Shown piece by piece: positions 47,108 to 64,000 of a DNA stretch of 64,000 nucleotides. This DNA is from the human T2T-CHM13v2.0 reference genome, Homo sapiens, in NCBI RefSeq assembly GCF_009914755.1, contig NC_060926.1. One strand, written 5' to 3'. A program made the translations under genes and the position numbers. Numbering within the stretch: position 1 is the stretch's first letter; the number at the start of each line of letters is the position of its first letter. The notes under the pieces are model-generated. The model had not been told where the DNA came from. It did not search any database and was given only the letters and a program-made list of their open reading frames with translations.

Positions 47108-49078
47108 TAAAAGACATTTTCTTCAACATGATGTGATGCAGGCTGGGGTTTGTATTATTCTTTGTTTAAAGTTATTTCTTTGAGTTATAGAAATATAACA
47201 GTTTGAAAGGATAATGAGACCCTAGGTCCTTTAGCTCATTTGTTGGGTCTTAGGCAGGTTGCTTCTCAGGAGTACACTTGGGTGTTCCATCTCTGTGAGT
47301 TTTAAATGTCTTAAGTGATAGTACTCAATACTTGGCTTTATTTTAAAGTTTGAAACTCACTAGCTAGGAGCATGTTTAATATGGTTGAACTAAGGTTTTT
47401 TTGTTTGTTTTATTTTTGACTTTCATGGTGATTATTCTTCTAAGGGCCAACTTCAGGTTTTATGTCCTACCAGATATGCTTCCTTAATTTAGGGGCTGAA
47501 AATTATTTGTATTTATTATATTGCTTCATATTAAATAGGATTTTTTAAAAGTTGTACTCCTATGTTATACCCATTTGGATTGAATAGTGTGTCTAGATGG
47601 CATCTTTATCCAGAGGACTTAGAAACTAGCTGAGGATATCTGTATGTTCAAGACCTAAAATTATTAAGATACCAAATGATGGTTAAGATAGAAACAAGAG
47701 TCCTTAGATAAATGTTTTGCCAGGCTATTCACTACCCAGTATAGTTTTGATTTGCAAGTCTTGAAAAGAATTCTTTTCCTCTGTGACACTGTATTTCATC
47801 TTACAGTGTATATATTTGTGTGTGTTGGAGGAGGGGGTTGTTTAAAGGTGGTGGTGGTTATGATTCCTTCCTTTCTCCTGATGGATTATATGTAGAATAT
47901 AATTAATACCCTACAATTTCTACCAGTTCTTGAATTCAATTCTGTAGCATAGAACATGAATTTTGGAATCAAACCTGGGTTAGAATCATGGTTCCATCAT
48001 TGGTTAATCATTTGATCCTAGTATAATGACTGGCTCATAGTAGGAAGAATAGCATGATTAAAGCCACAAGACCTGGAAAGTAGGGGGACTTCTCAGAGAT
48101 ACTAAGTAGTCCACTTGGGTTGGTGTATTGAGCATATACAGGTTAGTACTTGAGGGTAACATCTAATGGACAGCCTGCATTTTCTCTTTTAATCATCAGC
48201 GACCATCTTATAAAGCAGGCACTCTTTGTTATTTCCATTTTATAGATAAGGGAACTGAGGCTGAAAGACACTCGTTCACATATTCAAAGCCACACAGTTC
48301 TCAACTAGCAGGACTTGGATCTAGGCCTGTACTGCTTCAGAGTCTGTGCCTGCATTCTATTCTGAATTTGGACTGAGTAATGAAGGGCTTTGGATAATAG
48401 GCTAAGAGTTTATGCATAACCTTGAAAACAACGTGGAGCCACTTACAGTTTTGAGGAAGAGAATGTCACTGGGGCTATATTTTAAGAAGATTAATATGAC
48501 AACTGGTTGTAGGATGGATTGGAAGGAGAAGGATCTAGTGATAAGGATGGATGCCAGTTCTTTTGGTTGTCAGCAAGGAAGGCATCCCTGGTTATCTTAG
48601 GCAAAAAGGAAATTTATTGCTGGGGCAATGGAGAGGGAAGAGTTAAAAACTGCTTGGGTTCAAAGAGCGTAGAAGTGCATCTTTTCTCCTGTCCTCCAGT
48701 TTCCAGCCCCTAATCAGCTAGAGGTTTTTGCTTTTTGTTTTTTGTTTTTTCTTGAACTAAGGGACCAGTATACACATGTGGGCAAAGGAATCTGGTTAAA
48801 TGTTGTAGTCTATTGTAAGTATACAATGTACAAAAGTTGGAGTTATATGCCATTTCAGTAGATGAACCAGAAAACATGAAACAGTTTTAGTTAGAATGTT
48901 CATTACAAGTTACACAATTCACACGATTCAAGTAAGATGATGACTGATGACAGAGATTAAGACAAACATTTGGTTTAGGTACCAGTCTTAATCATGTGCC
49001 ATACATTTCCCTGTTAATTTTTTGTTGGAAAGTTTGGTTTTGTCACTAGCTTTTTAAAAAAGACATACATGGAAATAA

Positions 49079-49379
<301 letters not shown>

Positions 49380-50255
49380 TAAAAGTGTGTTTCTTTTTAA
49401 TAAAATAAATGTCATCAACAGACTAACAGGAACAAATAAACACTAGATCACAGAATCTGTCCCTGGATATGAAAGTTTTATTGTGTCTTGGGGTAAAGAT
49501 GCATGTGCTTTTCCTTTGCATTTGTCCAAGGCCAGAATCCTTGGATTTTGATGCTCCTTCTTCCCACAAAACATAGAAGATACTGTGTATTGAAAGGGTG
49601 TGATTTTTCATAGAATATAGGCTACAGAACAGGGCTGGACTTTTTTTTTTTTTTTTTTTAAGAAGCCGAGAGCCTATGTTTATATAAATATCCTATGTAA
49701 TTAAAAAGAAAAATACAGTTAAATCCCAGAAATAAAAGAAATTTAAATATAGAAAAATATATAACTTATCAATTGAATGTTTCCAAACAGAAGAGTTTTA
49801 GCTTCTGTCAGGCATTGCATATCTCCAGCATACGTTTTTGAGAACATTTTGTTCTGAAAATTTCCTGTTGGCATTTTTCTCTGTGGGTCTCTAGGTTTCT
49901 GAATAATGTGTTCTTATGTTTACAAATCATGCTGTACTTTAGTCAACCATGGTTTATCTTTGGAGGATAACTAGTACGTTAACATTTGCCAGATTTTTTC
50001 TTTTAGGCTGGGTAATCATTGAGCTAACTAGATTGCAAAATATGCTACTTTAAAAAATGTAATTAGATTTTAATCATCTCTATATTGTATGTGTGGTTTG
50101 TGTATCTGCTGCTGCTTTTTCACCATTGATCACAAGGGGCAGTCATCTGATTCCAGGGAATAGAAGATGGAGGCTTGCTCTGGCGTGTGCGTGTGTTGTT
50201 AATGTATGCATGGAACTAATTTCAGCTTGTAGAAAATGAGGCCCCATATGCTTAA

Positions 50256-50396
<141 letters not shown>

Positions 50397-51730
50397 TGAT
50401 TGTGAACAAACTAAATGAGCTTTTTCCTAGCTGTTATTTGAAATGGTATGCTTTTGATTGGTCATTTTATTTATAAGGTATATTTATTTCACTTTTAATT
50501 TTTCTAAAATGTAGTCTGGGGGTTAATGTTGCCATGGTATGTATTTTATACATTGGGAAACTGAGGTTCAGAGCCGTTAAGTAAATCTATATGAGCATAG
50601 CAAACTAAAAATACAGGATGGTTTTTGAATGGGGAATGGAAGCGGAGATGAGGGGTATTTGAATTATGTGGGCCTAACCCTCATCCCTTTGAGGTTCAGT
50701 CTTCTTGAGCTGGTATTATGGTGAAAGTGCTCATAATGTCTCAACTCTAGAGGTGGGAGGGCATAAAAATGCATGAGAAACATTGCCCAATACAGCACAT
50801 TGCATGTTCTTGAAAATAAACCGCAGGCTCCAGATTTCATAGATCAGACAAAGTTGATCTTGGTAGATAAGTGCAGGTGGTTATGATTTTCAGAACTCTT
50901 CAATACTCATTTTCTAATCTGGTATTAGTAGAGCTGTCTTGACCCCTCTTGATACTGTGCTAGATAAGTTAATTGAATTTAAGGGGGTGGGGGGAGAGAC
51001 ATGCAGTACTTATTTTTGATTTAATTTCTCTTTCTTTCAACCCTTCCCCTCTAAGTCTTCACTCAAGCCTCTACTGTTCATCAGTGCCTCAGTGTTACTC
51101 TTAGGAGGAAATGCAAACCACTTAGCTTTGTTTTTAGGAGACTTCATCATCTGATCTTTGTTAATCTCTGTAATCTAATTTTTCACCTTTCCTCTCACAC
51201 AGTGGCACTGTACTACTCCAAGAGCAGTTCTCCAAATGTACCATGCTTTTACAGCACTCCAGACTTCTATTGATACTGTTTTCTCTGCCTGGAACGCTTG
51301 TGCCCAGACTTTTCTCTTAGTTCCTATTTGTCCTTTTAAGTCTCGACTTAGGTGTCACCGTTTGCAGAAACCTTCCCTGATCCCTCATGACCAGGCTTGG
51401 TGCCCTCCTTATGTGCTCTTAAAGCACCATGTAACCCTGGACCATAATACTACACTGCAGTTAATTTCATATTTATCTATTGAAGCTCCTCAAGGGCAAG
51501 ATTATGTTTTGTTCACTGTTGTGTTTACAGTGCTCAGATAATCTTGAACGCATGCTGGGTGCTCAGATATTTGTTGTGTTGTATTGAATTAAACTTCAGG
51601 TAATAAGGTGTTTTTAGTATCTGAATGTTTTTCAGTAAGAGGATTTTGAATGGAATTTCTTGGCAATGTGTGTCATGGTTATACATGTTACTTATTTTGG
51701 ATCAAAAGCAATTCTTTTCCTCTCTTGTAG

Positions 51731-51832
<102 letters not shown>

Positions 51833-52744
51833 TGAATTGTAAGTCTATGAAAGCAAGTTGTTTGGGGCTTTTATAGTTTAAAATGACATGAATTCTTGCA
51901 ATAGGAGTGGGGAAATCCACTGATGTTTAACTGAAAATGGAGATGTGGTAAATGGATTTGTGTTAGCATGAGCACAAGACCCGAGGACATGGAGACCAAG
52001 GAAGTATTAAAAACATTTTGAACCACTGCATTTAGGAATGGGAATTTCACAGTCAAATGTTAAGGAGGGTTGGGGTCAGGTTGACATTTTGTGTTGTCAT
52101 AAGCATCCTGGATGTGCACTTCAGTGACTCACTAGACTGCTTTTGTCATTGAGGAAATGTGTCTTTTCTCTATTCCTCTCTCTTGGTACTCTTCCTGCCT
52201 CCCCAAGATACTCTGTTTTCAGGCTGGTTTTTCTCTAGCTAACAGCCTATGACTGCTGCATTCTATACTCACATCTGCCCTTTCTGTAAATATTTACTGT
52301 TTGATCTCCAAGTTAGAACTAACTTTGTTGGAGATACTGATTTTAACTGGAAGATTGCAATCTACTATCTGTTTAAGGCAGCTCAAGCAGGTTTCCAAGT
52401 TCCTGAAGTATTTGCATTTGTAATTAATAAACTGGATGTAGAAGGCTTGTTTGGGGTGGGGGTAGGGTGGTGGTATAACTAGTATAGTTCTCTTTTTCTC
52501 CTCACTTCTGGAAGGTAGCTGGTTGCTGATATAGTGGATGGGTATGCCATTATTATCTCAGAACAGTTAAGGGAAGAAAATGTTTGGCTTCTACCCTGTT
52601 CTGAATGAATTATTAGAGCACAATATTAGCATACATGAATCTTCAAATTTGAGAATCCTACTTCATGGATTTCTCTTGAATCAAATCCTGTTGGGAATCA
52701 TGGAAGTCTAGTATATACTGTCAAACCACAACTTAGCTGAAGTT

Positions 52745-52880
52745 TTATTTTGTTTTGTTTTTTTAAGAGACAAGATCTCATATGTTTCCCAGGCTGGCCT
52801 GGAACCTCTGGGCTCAAGCGATTCTCCTACCTCTGTTTCCCAGATAGCTGGGACTATAGGTGTGCGCCACCATTCCTTGC
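52745..52880 (-). mobile_element. Alu monomer (FLAM-like)
   Basis: Reverse monomer consensus; gctgaagtttta flanking repeat. Confidence 0.75.
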
Positions 52881-53823
52881 TTCTGCTGAAGTTTTAACTT
52901 CCACTTACTGTCTCTTTATGCAAAGAACATTCTGATCACTTCATGAGACTTGCTGGGTATGCAGTGAGGAATCACAAAGTTGTGTTGAGACACACGTGTT
53001 GGGTAATGATGTAGGCTTGCTAGCTAAGGGCAGCCTTGTGGATTGTGTAATTCAAATCTGGCCTTATACAACACTAATTTCTGTATATCATAGGATCACT
53101 TTGAGATAACTCAAGAAAAACAGATTTATCTCCTAATGGCAAAGGGATACTCTCTAGTGTCAGTTTTTGAGGTAGTCAAAAAATGATAATATCTAATTGG
53201 AGCTTCTGAGATAAGCAAGGGAGTAAGGAAACAATGTCATATGAGGACTTCCAGTAAAACAAAACAAAAGAATGCCTGGAGAAGACTTGTGTAGGTAGGC
53301 AGGGGTGTAGGAGGGATGGCAGACATAATAGCACTCTTCATGCATTTGGAGAATTATCTTGTAGAATAGAAATTAAACTCTGCTTCGTATCAGAGGGGTG
53401 AACTGGAAACAGCAGGTGGTGCTTTTTGTTCAAGATGAAGAATTATTTTGTCAACAAGGATTACTGTCCCCACTGGATTGTTTTCTTGTAAGATGATCAG
53501 ATCCCCATTTCTGTAAGTTTACAATAAAAGTCTTTATCACCACTAGTCAGATGTACATGTGGATTGTTAAACTAGATGAATACTGTTGTTTTTTAGCTCA
53601 AATATTCTGATTCTTTGGATAATTCCCTCTTTAAAAAGTTTTCTCTGGTCATTAGCATATAATTTTTTGTATTGAGAATCTATACTTTCATGTGCTGATT
53701 TGCACTGTGTGTAGAAAACAAGGAGGGAAAAGAAAGGAAGGAAATGGAGCTTTAGTTAAGTTATACACAGCTGTAGTACTGTTTCACCATGTAGCAGTCA
53801 TTCACAGCCCCATCCTTCCTTCT

Positions 53824-54140
<317 letters not shown>

Positions 54141-54945
54141 CCTTCCTTCTTTTAAACATCCTAATTGGTCCTGTCAAAGACATATAAATAAAAACTTCAA
54201 ACAAATTGGAAGTAATCTCTTCCTCAGATTCTCATTGTGCTTATCTAGCCCTTTCTTATGGGACTTAACTATTAGAACATACATGTTTCATATTTGCTAC
54301 ATATCTCATTTCTGCTAATAAAGAATGTATTAGGTAAGTGAGGTCAAGGACTTGGCTTTGTTTTTTCACAGGGCTCAAGACAGTGCCTGGCAAAGAACAG
54401 GCACTGAGTAAAGTAGCCTTTGAATTGAACTGAAAAAGTAATGATTCTGTTATGAAATCTGTACAGGATTCTAATGGCCAGGTCTTGGGGTCATAGGTTT
54501 TTTGTTTGTTTGTTTGTTTTGTTTTTACAACAGCATGGCTGGGAGGTCATAGGTTTTTAACTTTGATAAGGTTAACCGTGATAGTGAGAGAAGTACATAG
54601 TGTTTGGGGAGTTTCTGCAGAGAGAGAGAGAGAGCTGACTAAGGTAAATCTGGAATGGAGAGGGTATCAATTTACTAAGCCTAGAGAAAAGGTTAGAAGC
54701 TGGAGAGCCAGAGATTAGTAAAGGGGCATTCTAGCTAGGAGGTAATGGTATGAGCAAAGGCCAAGTATGAGACCTGCCCCCAGTCAGTGATCAGCTCAGT
54801 GATGCCAGAATAGAGGAACGACTGGAAGGGAGTGACGTGATGAGCTCTGGGAACAGAGGTGGCTGTCAGGGAAGAGATGGATTTGAGAGACAGTATAGAG
54901 GTAGAATTGGTAGTTTCGTGAACACTTAAAAGGTGAGGGATGAGG

Positions 54946-55340
<395 letters not shown>

Positions 55341-55475
55341 TTAGTCTTGTCGTGGTGAATGTGAACAGTTCATACTGAACAGTTTGAGATAACTGAAGAT
55401 GCCATGTCAGATATCCACCAGCTAGCAGGCAGTCTAAGTCTAGATCTTAGGAGAGTTTTAAAAATGAATGTACAG

Positions 55476-55787
<312 letters not shown>

Positions 55788-56472
55788 AATGTACAGATTT
55801 TTGATTCATCAACTCATGGGACTGGATGAAATAATCCCCAAGTAGAATTTTAGAGTGAGAGGAGGAGGGAAAGGTCTAAAGTAGAATTTACAAATTGGTG
55901 GAGAAAAGAGAATAATCAGGGGAGAATGTTGTTTTTGAAGCCATGAAGGAGAAAGTATATAGAGACAGTGGAATGGTGAGATGCTACTGTCAAACAAAAA
56001 AATCGAGAACCAAGGAGTTGGCAATTAGAAGGTGATGGGTGACTTCAGAGGATAATTTCATTAAGGAAGTGGGGGCAGTAGCTGGACTAGACTGAAGAAT
56101 AATAATGCACTAAGCAGTGGAAACAGCATGCCTATTATTTTAAGAAATTCAGAGGTAAAGACAGGAAAGATACTGATAGCAATTTGTGGAGAGGGAAGGA
56201 CAAACAAAAGATTTGTTTAGGAGGGCTGATATGAGTTTATTTTTAGGGTAAAGATAAAAATTTAGAGAAGGAAGGTTGAAGCAGTAAGACGGATTTAGTT
56301 AATGAGGTTAAGTCCCAGAAGAGCTACAGTAAATGTAATCAAAAGCAAATGTGTGCACTTCGTCCTTCAAGTCAGGGGGCACCCTAAAAAATGTAAAATA
56401 GAAAGAAAGTGATAACAGTCTTAAAGTATTGAGTTCTGTTGTGAAAACTCTCACATGTTGAATATGTGTTAA

Positions 56473-56830
<358 letters not shown>

Positions 56831-57494
56831 TTGGAGGAAAAAGTATACGTTATAAAAATAATATAAGAATCTTTTAATTATAAAGTATCATAAGAATCTT
56901 TTTATTAAGTATTATGAAAATCGTTTTAGATTAAAAGAATAATCAATAAAGGTTCACCATGGCCTTTTCTTGGTTCTCATCCTTCTTGACTTATTGGAAC
57001 CAAATAGAGAAATTACCTCCATTTTTACAAATGAGAACTATGAATAAAGGCTGAGGATATGATTTTGTTGTGATCTTTGTGAAACGGTTTATTTAGGGCT
57101 CTCTTGTGTAAAATACAGTTCTAAATTCCTTATCATTTCCTCTGTCTCAGAGAACTTACTGTGGCCGAACTGGAAAGAGAAGGCACATATCTTGACTTCC
57201 AGGTCAACCTTCTGGTCACCCCAGTCTTCTCATTTGTTGTATTGGTCATGCATTTGATAGCAGTCCTTTAGTATTCTTTTATACATTTCTCTTATGCTTA
57301 ATATTCTTTATACTGTTTGCAGTTGTGAACAGCCAGTAGCAGAAGTCAAAACACTTCACTTTTCATATGCCAGAGTTGGGCTGTCCGATTTTTGAAATAT
57401 TTCTGTTATGCTACTTTCACAGAATTTGGGATCAGTTTTATATTTTTTCATTAATTTCATCGTTTCTGCTTTTACCCCCTTTCTTTCTCATTAG

Positions 57495-57602
<108 letters not shown>

Positions 57603-58555
57603 TAGATCACTCATTGACTACACACACTGTTCTTGGGAAATCACCTGTCTGCTAGTTGTTGGTTGGGGCTAGGTATTTATAGGGTGCAATTAGTTGGATT
57701 TCCAATCATACACTTAGACACAGTAATGATGAAGGTGGTTTACTTGGTGTTTTTCCAGTAGTAGGGATAGGTTTGCCTTAAACTCACCCAACACTGTCTA
57801 GTTTTTGCCTTGGAGCATGTACCTAGGGGAAAGCCTGATGGTAATGGATGTCCATCTCTAGTTGTGAGCAGAGTTTGCCCCTGCCGAAGTGAATCTGAGC
57901 AGTATCAAACCTGTGACTTTAGTGTTCTGTGTAAAGTCTGATGTAGCTTTGAAATGAAAAGTGACAGTGCTGAAGATTAACTTTTCTCTTTGCCCTGTTT
58001 TTGTAGTTTGCACCAACAGTCCAAGTCTCATTGTTACTTATTTCTGGCTTTTAGGAGTTACTTCAGGCTTGATGTGAAAGCTCCTGATTGAGCATCTGGC
58101 TGCAAATGTCAGGGTCCTATATAGAATTATTCTTAGAGCCACAGGTCCAGTCTTCCAGAGAGCCTGTCATTTAAAACAATTGTAATAAAATATAATAGGG
58201 GGCAGAAGTAGAAAACATACCAAAAAGAACAACAAATGATGAGTAGATGTTTTAGGTTACAAGTTTATATATAATGTCTGTGTCTGTGTTAAGATTAGGG
58301 AATTGTGAGGTGAGTCTCGGAACTCAATTCTTTCTGTTATTTTGGCTAGACCCTTTGGAAGTAGTGTGCTATAGAAAGGCCAAGAATCAGATGGGTCCCT
58401 AGGGCCTGTATCTTTATCTTCCTTCTAGAAATGAGTCTGTCTGCATCACGGTGGAGGCAGGCATGGACCTGATTATATGGAAGTTGCCACTGTATTACAG
58501 TATTACTCTGTCTCTATTTCCTGATAATTCCAAAATTTAAATGAGTAGAATATTT

Positions 58556-59213
58556 AATTATTTATTTATTTGAGACAGGGTCTCACTCTGTCACCTGGCT
58601 GGAGTGCAGCGGCGTGATCATAGCTTACTGGAGCCTCAAACTCCCTGTGTATTAGTTCATTTTCATACTGCTGATAAAGACATACCCGAGACTGGGAAGA
58701 AAAAGAGGTTTAATTGGACTTACAGTTCCACATGGCTGGGGAAGCCTCAGAATCTTGGTGGGAGGCGAAAGGCACTTACATGGTGGCAGCAAGAGAAAAT
58801 GAGGAAGAAGCAAAAGTAGAAACCCCTGATAAACCCATCAGATCTGGAGTGAATAAATCTATAGACTTATTCACTATCATGAGAATAGCACAAGAAAGAC
58901 CAGCCCCTCTGATTCATTTACCTCCCCCTGGGTCTCTCCCACAACATGTGGGAATTCTGGGAGATACAATTCAAGTTGAGATTTGGGTGGGGACACAGCC
59001 AATTCTGGCTCAAGCAATCCTCTTGCCTCGGCCTCCTAAGTAGTTGGGACTACAGGTACGCGCCACCGTGGCTGGCTCATTTTTAAAATTGTTTGTAGAG
59101 ATGGAATCTCACTATGTTGTTGTGGCTGGTCTTAAACTCCTGGGTTCAAACAATCCTCACATCTCAGCCTCCCAAACTGTTGGAATTATGGGTGTAAGCC
59201 ATCACGTCCAGCC
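58556..59213 (-). mobile_element. AluJ interrupted by a THE1-type MaLR solo LTR (~58648-59001)
   Basis: Alu breaks at caaactcc and resumes at tggctcaagcaatcc; insert tgtattagttcattttcatactgctgataaagacatacccgagactggg...gggtggggacacagccaa. Confidence 0.85.
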
Positions 59214-60590
59214 CAGAATATTTTTAAAAACCCAGTTTATTGATAATTTATTTTGTCGACATAAATCACTCAGGATCTGAAACATTAAATATCTTCTGTT
59301 ATCTATTTTCTGTGAGTTAACATTTGTTTACATTTTCTCCATTGGAAAAATGGAACATTAAAGTTATTTCATGTATTTCCCAGTAGATGTCTATGTAGGA
59401 ATGCAATGCCAGGATGATCTGGCCTCCTGCTACCTTGTAGTAGTAGGTGAAAATCACTGAATGTTCACATGTACAAGTACTGCCCCCTACCTGTTGCTGG
59501 GAGGGCCTTGAATTAGCAAGTTCAAGATGGTGTTGGCTGTGCCATTGCCTGAAACCTCCATGGTTTCACCATGAAAAGTCCATAAATGGGTAAAAAAGAA
59601 ATATCTGATGATAAATATCTGTATGCTCTTTTATTTTGTTGTAGCTGTACAAAAGGGATATTTGAAAAGGTGCAGAATAGAAGTATAATGTACTTTTTAG
59701 GAACTACTTACTCTTTTCCACCTTTTGCCTGGTGACTGTGAATGTTCCAGAAATAGTGCCTCAGGTTCAACAGCTGAACTGCTGTATGAATCAGTAAAAT
59801 GAAAGTTACACACAGTAGTTTAGGCAGAAGTATTTTTGGGAGAATTGCCTTTCGTCCATATTGCTTTGGGCTGTACCATTTTTATTGACTGAGTAGATTT
59901 TTATTGAGGAGCACTTGTTTTTTATTAGTATTAGGAGAGACCTAAGGAAAGAGGATGTCGTATTTCTGCTCTCATGGAACTTGAGAGTTTGAATGGAGTA
60001 GGGCAAGACATGTACGCAGGTGTGAGTAGTGTCATGGAGGCATTAAGAGAGGAGAGAGCTTATTCAGCCTCAGTAGATTGTGAAGGAATCAGCTCACCCT
60101 GATCCAATGGTGTCTTCCTGTTAAGGTGCTGTACTCTGATAAAAGTTATATTAAAGTCATTAAAATGCTTATGCTTCATTACCAGAGAGGTTTTTTCTTT
60201 TTAATGTTTTTCTTCTTTAGCTAATTACTAGTTTTTAAAATATTAGCTCAATGGATACTAAATATTTTGTTCCAGTCTCCTTATAGGGATTGGTTTTTAT
60301 ATGGCTGTATTCCTCTGAAACAAACTTTCTTGCTTTTGATCTGATACTCCATTGTCAGAGGCTCACTGAATGGTAGAACTGGAACCTAATCAGTCAGTCA
60401 CTCTAAATCGATCTTTTCATGGATAAGAAAACCAAGACTTGGGTTAAATACGTGCATAGCTAGAGAATACTTTGGCAGGGCCAGGACTGTATAACCTGCC
60501 AATATTGCCGTGGATATCTCTACGTAGAAAGCATTTGTTTTAGTGGAGAATAATGGAAATAATCATTTTTCTTTCGGCTTCTCTGTTTAA

Positions 60591-60740
<150 letters not shown>

Positions 60741-60933
60741 TGAACAAGTCATATTTCTTTTAAATGAAAGAGAGCTAAGTGCAAAGTTGCGGTAATTGGC
60801 CAGTCCTAAATAAATGTCTTTTTTCTCTGAAGGCCCCATTTGCTCTATTTAATGGAAGAATAACATCTTCCTCTCCTACTTCAGAAGGTAAAAATATTCT
60901 GAGCTCTTAAAAAGAAAAATAAAGTTGGAATGC

Positions 60934-61565
<632 letters not shown>

Positions 61566-62315
61566 AGATGCCTCTTTTATATTTTTTCAGGCTTTTCTCC
61601 TGTATTGTATGTAAATAACACTTTTCTTCGTTTTCTATATCAAAATAGTAGGAGAGCTTATATGAACTCTATAATAATATAACATTGTTAGAGAAGAAGT
61701 GTTCTAATGTCACATTTCTCAAAAATTTCATAATTAAAGGGAGCATAGGGGTCAGATAAAAAGGTTATATTGTGAAATTATTAAAGAATAATTAAAATAC
61801 AGAAAATATAAAAAATCTTCTGAATCTGAGTCCAAAGGAATTGGAAGGCAGAGATTGGATTAAGGTAAATTGGGGAAGTTGACAAGAGAGCTGACTTATG
61901 CTGAGGAAGGGGAGGGCTAGACCAAGGTTGAAGGAGAAAGGAATATTCCAGTCCTGGATTCAGTTGATGACAGCAGGACATAGGCTTCTCTGACCCCCAC
62001 AAAACTGAAAAAAAAATTATATAAGCAGCTTTTTAAGGCAAGCTGTTGCTCACAGAGGAGTAGAGGGCCCTTTTCTGCAGGTTGGGGGTAACAGGGCATG
62101 TGCTGCAGAGACCACAGATTCTCCCTTATGACTCACTTCATGAAACATCTGTAACTAACTTAAGTCCATATTGGGGCTTGTGATTTGAGGGATCCTCTAC
62201 TTGAAAGAAACTGCCTGTTTTTTTGATGCTTGTAATTCTTTTAAGTAGTGAAAAAAATCTTTTGTTCTAAAATTAGAGATGTGAAGCTTAACATGTGAAG
62301 ACTTGACTCTGAATA

Positions 62316-62656
62316 CTCATGCCCCTCAGTTTATGATGGGGATACACGCCTATAAACCCATCTAAGTTGAGAATATAAGTTGAAAATGCATTTACTACAC
62401 CTAACCTACCAATCATCATAGCTTAGCCTCACCTACTTTAAATGTGCTCAAAACACTTCACATTAGCCTACAGTTGGGCAGAATCATCTGACAATATCAT
62501 GCACTGTAAAGGTTGTCTACCCTTGGGAGCTGCAGCTTGATATCACTGCCCAGCATTGTAAGTGTCCTACTGAGTTCTACTGAATGAGTATCGCTTTCAC
62601 ACTGTTGTAAAGTGGAAAAATTGTAAATTGAACCATCATAAACCAGGGACCATCTG
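62316..62656. mobile_element. MER47-like Tigger (TcMar) DNA transposon
   Basis: TA flanks at 62314-62315 and 62657-62658; cctaacctacc...catcatagcttagcct...ttagcctacagttgggca; end gggaccatctg. Confidence 0.75.
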
Positions 62657-63112
62657 TACTCTAGCATGCTAAGTGTAATGAAGTATAAATTACAGATATA
62701 AAAATCCTTTGGTGTTTTTTTGGCAAATGTACTTGAAGACCTAAAGCCTTGTGCCATTTGTAGGAAAGGTAGGAGCAGACCAGTTCAAAGCTTACCAAAA
62801 TGGTTCACTGTGGAGAAAAAGAGAAACTTCTATTAATACTATTTTGCACACTTATCTACAGTAGGTTGTATTTATCTTTAATAAATGCTTATTGGAATAA
62901 CAAACAGATACAAGCCATAAATGCAGGCATTTTTATATTCCAAAGCTGCTGCAAGCACGGGCTTTGATTTTTATTAGTTTGTTTTGTGGGGGAGAGTTTT
63001 TAATGTGGCTTATCTATATAAAGAAGTATCTTCACTAGGATACATAAACTTAAAAAAAACTTATTTATTGAGTACTAACAATGAACCACGTGCGAAAGAT
63101 ACTATAAGCTGC

Positions 63113-63426
63113 TTTTTTTTTTTTTATTTTTATTTTGAGACGGAGTCTCACTCTGTCACCCAGGCTGGAGTGCAGTGGCGTGATCTTGGCTCACTGTGAG
63201 CTCTGTCTCCTGGTTCACACCATTCTCCTGCCTCAGCCTCCCGAGTAGCTGGGACTACAGATGCCCGCCACCACGCCCGGCTAATTTTTTTTTTTTTTGT
63301 ATTTTTAGTAGAGACGGGGTTTCGCTGTGTTAGCCAGGACAGTCTCGATCTCCTGACCTTGTGATCCGCCCGCCTCGGCCTCCCCAAAGTGCTGGGATTG
63401 CAGGCGTGAGCCACTGCACCCGGCCA
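63113..63426 (-). mobile_element. AluY-like element
   Basis: ttcacaccattctcctgcc and gtgttagccagga diagnostic positions. Confidence 0.88.
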
Positions 63427-64000
63427 AGCTTACTTCTTTTATGGACCCCTCTAGAAGAATGAGAAAAGTAGAGAGAGAAAAAACCAGTTGTTAAAACAGT
63501 GGTGGGAAAACACCATGAGAATAAGAAGAAAAAGATTTTTGCAAGTGGGTGACTTAGGGAAGGCTTTGCTGAGGAATTAGCATTTGGACAGAGTTCTAAA
63601 AGAACAAAGGCGGTGCATGTGGTAAGGAGGGCATGCCATGCAAAATAAATAACATGGAAAAGCATGAAAATATGAAGAGCCAGGATGTGGATCCCTTTGG
63701 CTGCAGAATAAGTTCTGTATGGGGAAATGATGGAAAACGTGACAGAGAAGGTAAGTAGTAAGTAGGTTGTGAATACCTTGTATGCCATACTCAGTCATTT
63801 GGATTTTACAGCAGTGGGTAATTAAAGAATTTTCAGTGGCCCACTTGAAGGCTTAAGAGTTAAAGCAGTGATGGAGAGAGTGGAGACGAGAATCAATTCT
63901 TAAGGCATTTAGAAGGTATAGATAGAACTTGAGTGATTGATGGAAAATAAAGAGGACTTGAAGATAACAGGATCCTAGCTTGGGTGACTGAAAAGATGAT

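Overview
Human (primate) genomic DNA, recognisable from the translated exons as the PECR-TMEM169-XRCC5 locus (2q35 from memory). A CpG-island bidirectional promoter (~900-1700) drives PECR (first coding exon 1022-1145, minus strand) and TMEM169 (complete 297-aa CDS in two exons, 15370-15640 and 19324-19946). XRCC5/Ku80 coding exons 1-13 (residues 1-492) run from 28842 to 60725; intron 3 is a U12-type intron. The rest is Alu-dense intronic/intergenic DNA with LTR, L1, L2, MIR and DNA-transposon fragments and a degraded HMGN1 retrocopy (~25830-27480, minus). The most interesting structure is the XRCC5 5' region. A 21-bp promoter VNTR encodes Leu heptads in frame with Ku80 (the reported KARP-1 extension). 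A candidate acceptor at 28503/28504 would join TMEM169 exon 2 in frame to this extension and to Ku80. A perfect p53 element sits at 10343-10363, and an intron-2 solo LTR carries the same 12-mer as the VNTR core. No bacterial-type system, CRISPR array, tRNA or rRNA gene is present. Repeat boundaries and subfamily names are approximate and called by eye.
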